Assembly (NCBI GenBank): GCA_036172245.1
Contig: JAYWIR010000027.1
Location: 1,798,001 to 1,862,000, forward strand
Direction: 5' to 3'
DNA length: 64,000 nt
From: Raillietiella orientalis
Taxonomy: Eukaryota
Under the pieces are notes generated by a model. The model was given only the letters and a program-made list of their open reading frames with translations, was not told where the DNA came from and did not search any database. The position numbers and the translations under genes were made by a program. Positions 61,332-64,000 of this stretch are shown here, in pieces (the stretch's first letter is position 1; each line of letters begins with the position of its first letter).

Positions 61332-64000
61332 CTGGAAGGGCCAAAAGTCACCTGAGGTCGGCATCTTCCGGGTCGCAAAAACTCGCTCGAGGGTGATTGA
61401 AAAACGAAAAGAGGAGAGATGAAGAAAGGAACACGGCAAGGACGGAGGGAAGGGCGCACGGGCGCGCTTTGTTTCTGTATCTGCCCTGCAGCGTCGGGAT
61501 CCCCGCTCCGAGGCTCGCTCCGCCCCTTCCCAGGACACGCGGTGGAGCGTTGGTGACTGGCACGAGACGGGCGCGCCAAATGATCCCTCCACCTCGATCT
61601 ATTGCTCCGCGGCCGGCAAGGGATGCCAACACCACGGGAGGGGAGAGAGAGAGGGGGGGGGGCGAGGGCGGAAAAACAGTGCATTGATGTGCGTGCCCGC
61701 AAAGGAAGCAAAAAAAGGAGAGCGCAGTAGCGCTGGGAACCCTGCGGGACACGCGGGAGGGGGTCAAGAAGGCGGGGCAAGGTGGTGGTGCATTAGCGCA
61801 TTCCTCCCGTCCAGATTCCAGAAATCTTCCTTCCTTTCTTTCCTCTCTTTCTTTCTATCTTTGAGGCGATTTCGGTCGCCCGGCGTTGTCAGCACTGCCC
61901 GCATCTGTCGCTTCGTCAAAGACGTTTTGATTTTTCCGCTCGAGACGGCACCCGCGGCGGACAGCGGACGGCCCTCTTTCTCGACGATGACCGTCGGCGA
62001 AAACCGTGTGATCCCCTGCGACTTTCGCAAAACGCACGGTTTTCCGCCCGCCGTCAAGAATACGACGTGCCGCTGCATGCGTGATGGTGGCGCACTTTCA
62101 AGGATGTTCTTCGATTCCAAGTTAAAAAGAAAGAAAAAACACACACTCTCCCTCTCGCGCGGTTTCTTCGCCTTGGCAAGCGCGGTTGCTATTTTTAAAA
62201 CGGAAATTGACATCGAAAGACGGGAGAGAGAATCGAGGAAACGCCTTGAACAAATCGCAGCAGCAGCCCAGCGTGCTTTGAGGACGGGCCAACGGGCGAT
62301 GGAATCCGATTTTCCGGGCCGCGCACAAGCGTCCCCCTCTCTGGGAACACGGATGCCGCTCTCTGTGGACAAACAGTTTCGCGGCCCTGTAAGGCCCTCC
62401 GACTGGTGGCCCTAAGTATCAACCCTTTCCGGGAACCGAGTCCAAGCTAGGACGCGATTTGGTGCTCCCGGGTGACGGGAAAGCAATCGAAGGATGTCTT
62501 CTCTTACACCTACGAATCTTCTTCTTCCGCGGTACCGTAAGAGGCAGGAAGACGGGGAGCAAATGAAGAGGATTGGCTCTCCACTCGCTCGACAAGGGAG
62601 CAGCAGCTACCGTCAGAGACACCGTCGTTTCAGGATCCCTAGGATCGTGGAGGGCCGGCGAAAGAGGCATGCTAGGAGAGCCGAAGATGGTCCACGAGAT
62701 TCGGGAAGAAAACAGCGCTCTCCAACATAAGCTGCCCAGAGATCTTCCCGGGAAGCACACATGGGGTCGGCAACCGAGACGAAGAAACTCCCATCATGCC
62801 AAGGTCTCGAACGAGAGGTAAAATAAAGAGGACAGCCACCTCCTTGCCACCGGCTGTATCCTCCGGCAGCACATCTTTCGGGAACGTATGCAGAAGTCCC
62901 CTGCAAGCGCGTCTTTTCGATGAACCCATCGCACCTCTGCGTTCGCGGTCGCATTTTCGAGCAGAAGAGTCGTAAACCACGATCTCAGGCACGAGGGGTA
63001 ACGGCGCAGTGAAGTTCGAACCAAAAAAATCAAACTCAAAAAAGAAAGATGAGTGACAGAAACAGCAGCAGCAGCAGCAAGCCAAAAGGGAAACGACGGA
63101 ATCGCTCGCTAAACCCCCACTTCCAAAATTACACAGGCGTTTTTGTAAACTCCATCATCACCACACCTGAGATCCCGATTTCCATCTCAATCAAAAGTGC
63201 TCGTGCACTCTTCTGACGAACCGTGCCTTCCTCTGCGATTAACCTCGGTAGCCACTCGGCGTCTCGACGCCGCAGAAAGAGTCGCGAGGACTTGGCGCAC
63301 CGACCACGAGAAAAAGAAAGAAGCAAAAAAGCAAAGCCGCCCGCTCCTCCCACCACTGTCGGGCTTTTTTGTCGGTCCGACCCTATTCGATCCGAAACGG
63401 CTCCCCCGGTCCCCAGTTCACTTTTATTTTCATTTTTTTCTTGCGGCAGCACACGCCAGCGATAGAGAGATCGACCTGAAAACAAAATGTAAGATAAGAT
63501 AAGATGGAATAAAATGGGCAATTCTTTGCTATATATTTTTTTGCCTTGCAAACACTCCGGACACCTGTTGCTCCTGAGATCGAACGGAAGAGCCACGCAC
63601 GGCGGCGGCTGTAGCCAATGCCACTTGCTGCAGCTCTTCGACGTGGCTCACCCTTCACGGATGGCTCAAGACGGCGCAGTGAAGTACTGCCTCCCTCCCC
63701 CGCCTCTTGGAGGATGGGCACGGTTTCTTCCGTCTCTCTCTCTCTCTCTGCCTGTAGCGGCTACTGCGCAGCGCGGCAGCCATAGCACTTCCAAAGCTGA
63801 CGGCCGGCTACCGGGAGCCCATCCTTCAAGGAATCTGTTTTCCAAGCGTTCCATTCTTCCACGAGCGAAGCCTTTCGAGCCTGCGGAATTCGAACCGACC
63901 AATCAGAGGCGCCGTGGCTCGGACAAACAGTCCCGAGTCGCTTTCCGGCACCAAAACAAACGAGCAAACAGAAAGCCCCGCACACAAGAAGCCCTGTAAA

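Noticed and set aside
61332..64000. Further ANKRD6 ankyrin exons
   Set aside because: No TPLH/TALH-type frame with splice sites found; the 5' exons probably lie beyond the window.

Overview
Eukaryotic (animal, most likely arthropod) genomic DNA containing spliced genes; most long ORFs in the supplied track are GC-rich noise. I assembled six genes by hand using GT-AG boundaries and frame checks: CDK9 (-, 6 exons, about 371 aa), a Vdup1/TXNIP-like alpha-arrestin (+, 6 coding exons over 19 kb, 322 aa), PIGO (-, 6 exons, 991 aa), B9D1 (+, 5 small exons, 187 aa, nearly invisible in the ORF track), UTP6 (-, 8 exons, 486 aa) and the 3' part of an ANKRD6/diego-like ankyrin gene (-). Non-coding features include a 5'-truncated but still foldable U2 snRNA copy starting 3 nt after the arrestin AATAAA, a 482-bp TTAA piggyBac-type MITE, a four-copy dispersed GC-rich repeat with a hairpin array, and a 57-bp near-perfect inverted repeat. 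The window is a sharp mosaic of CpG-poor AT-rich housekeeping gene bodies with 43-55 nt introns and CpG-rich GC-rich domains. Gene identities come from remembered family motifs, not database searches. I cannot demonstrate a new biological system; the U2 fragment at the arrestin 3' end is the best lead.
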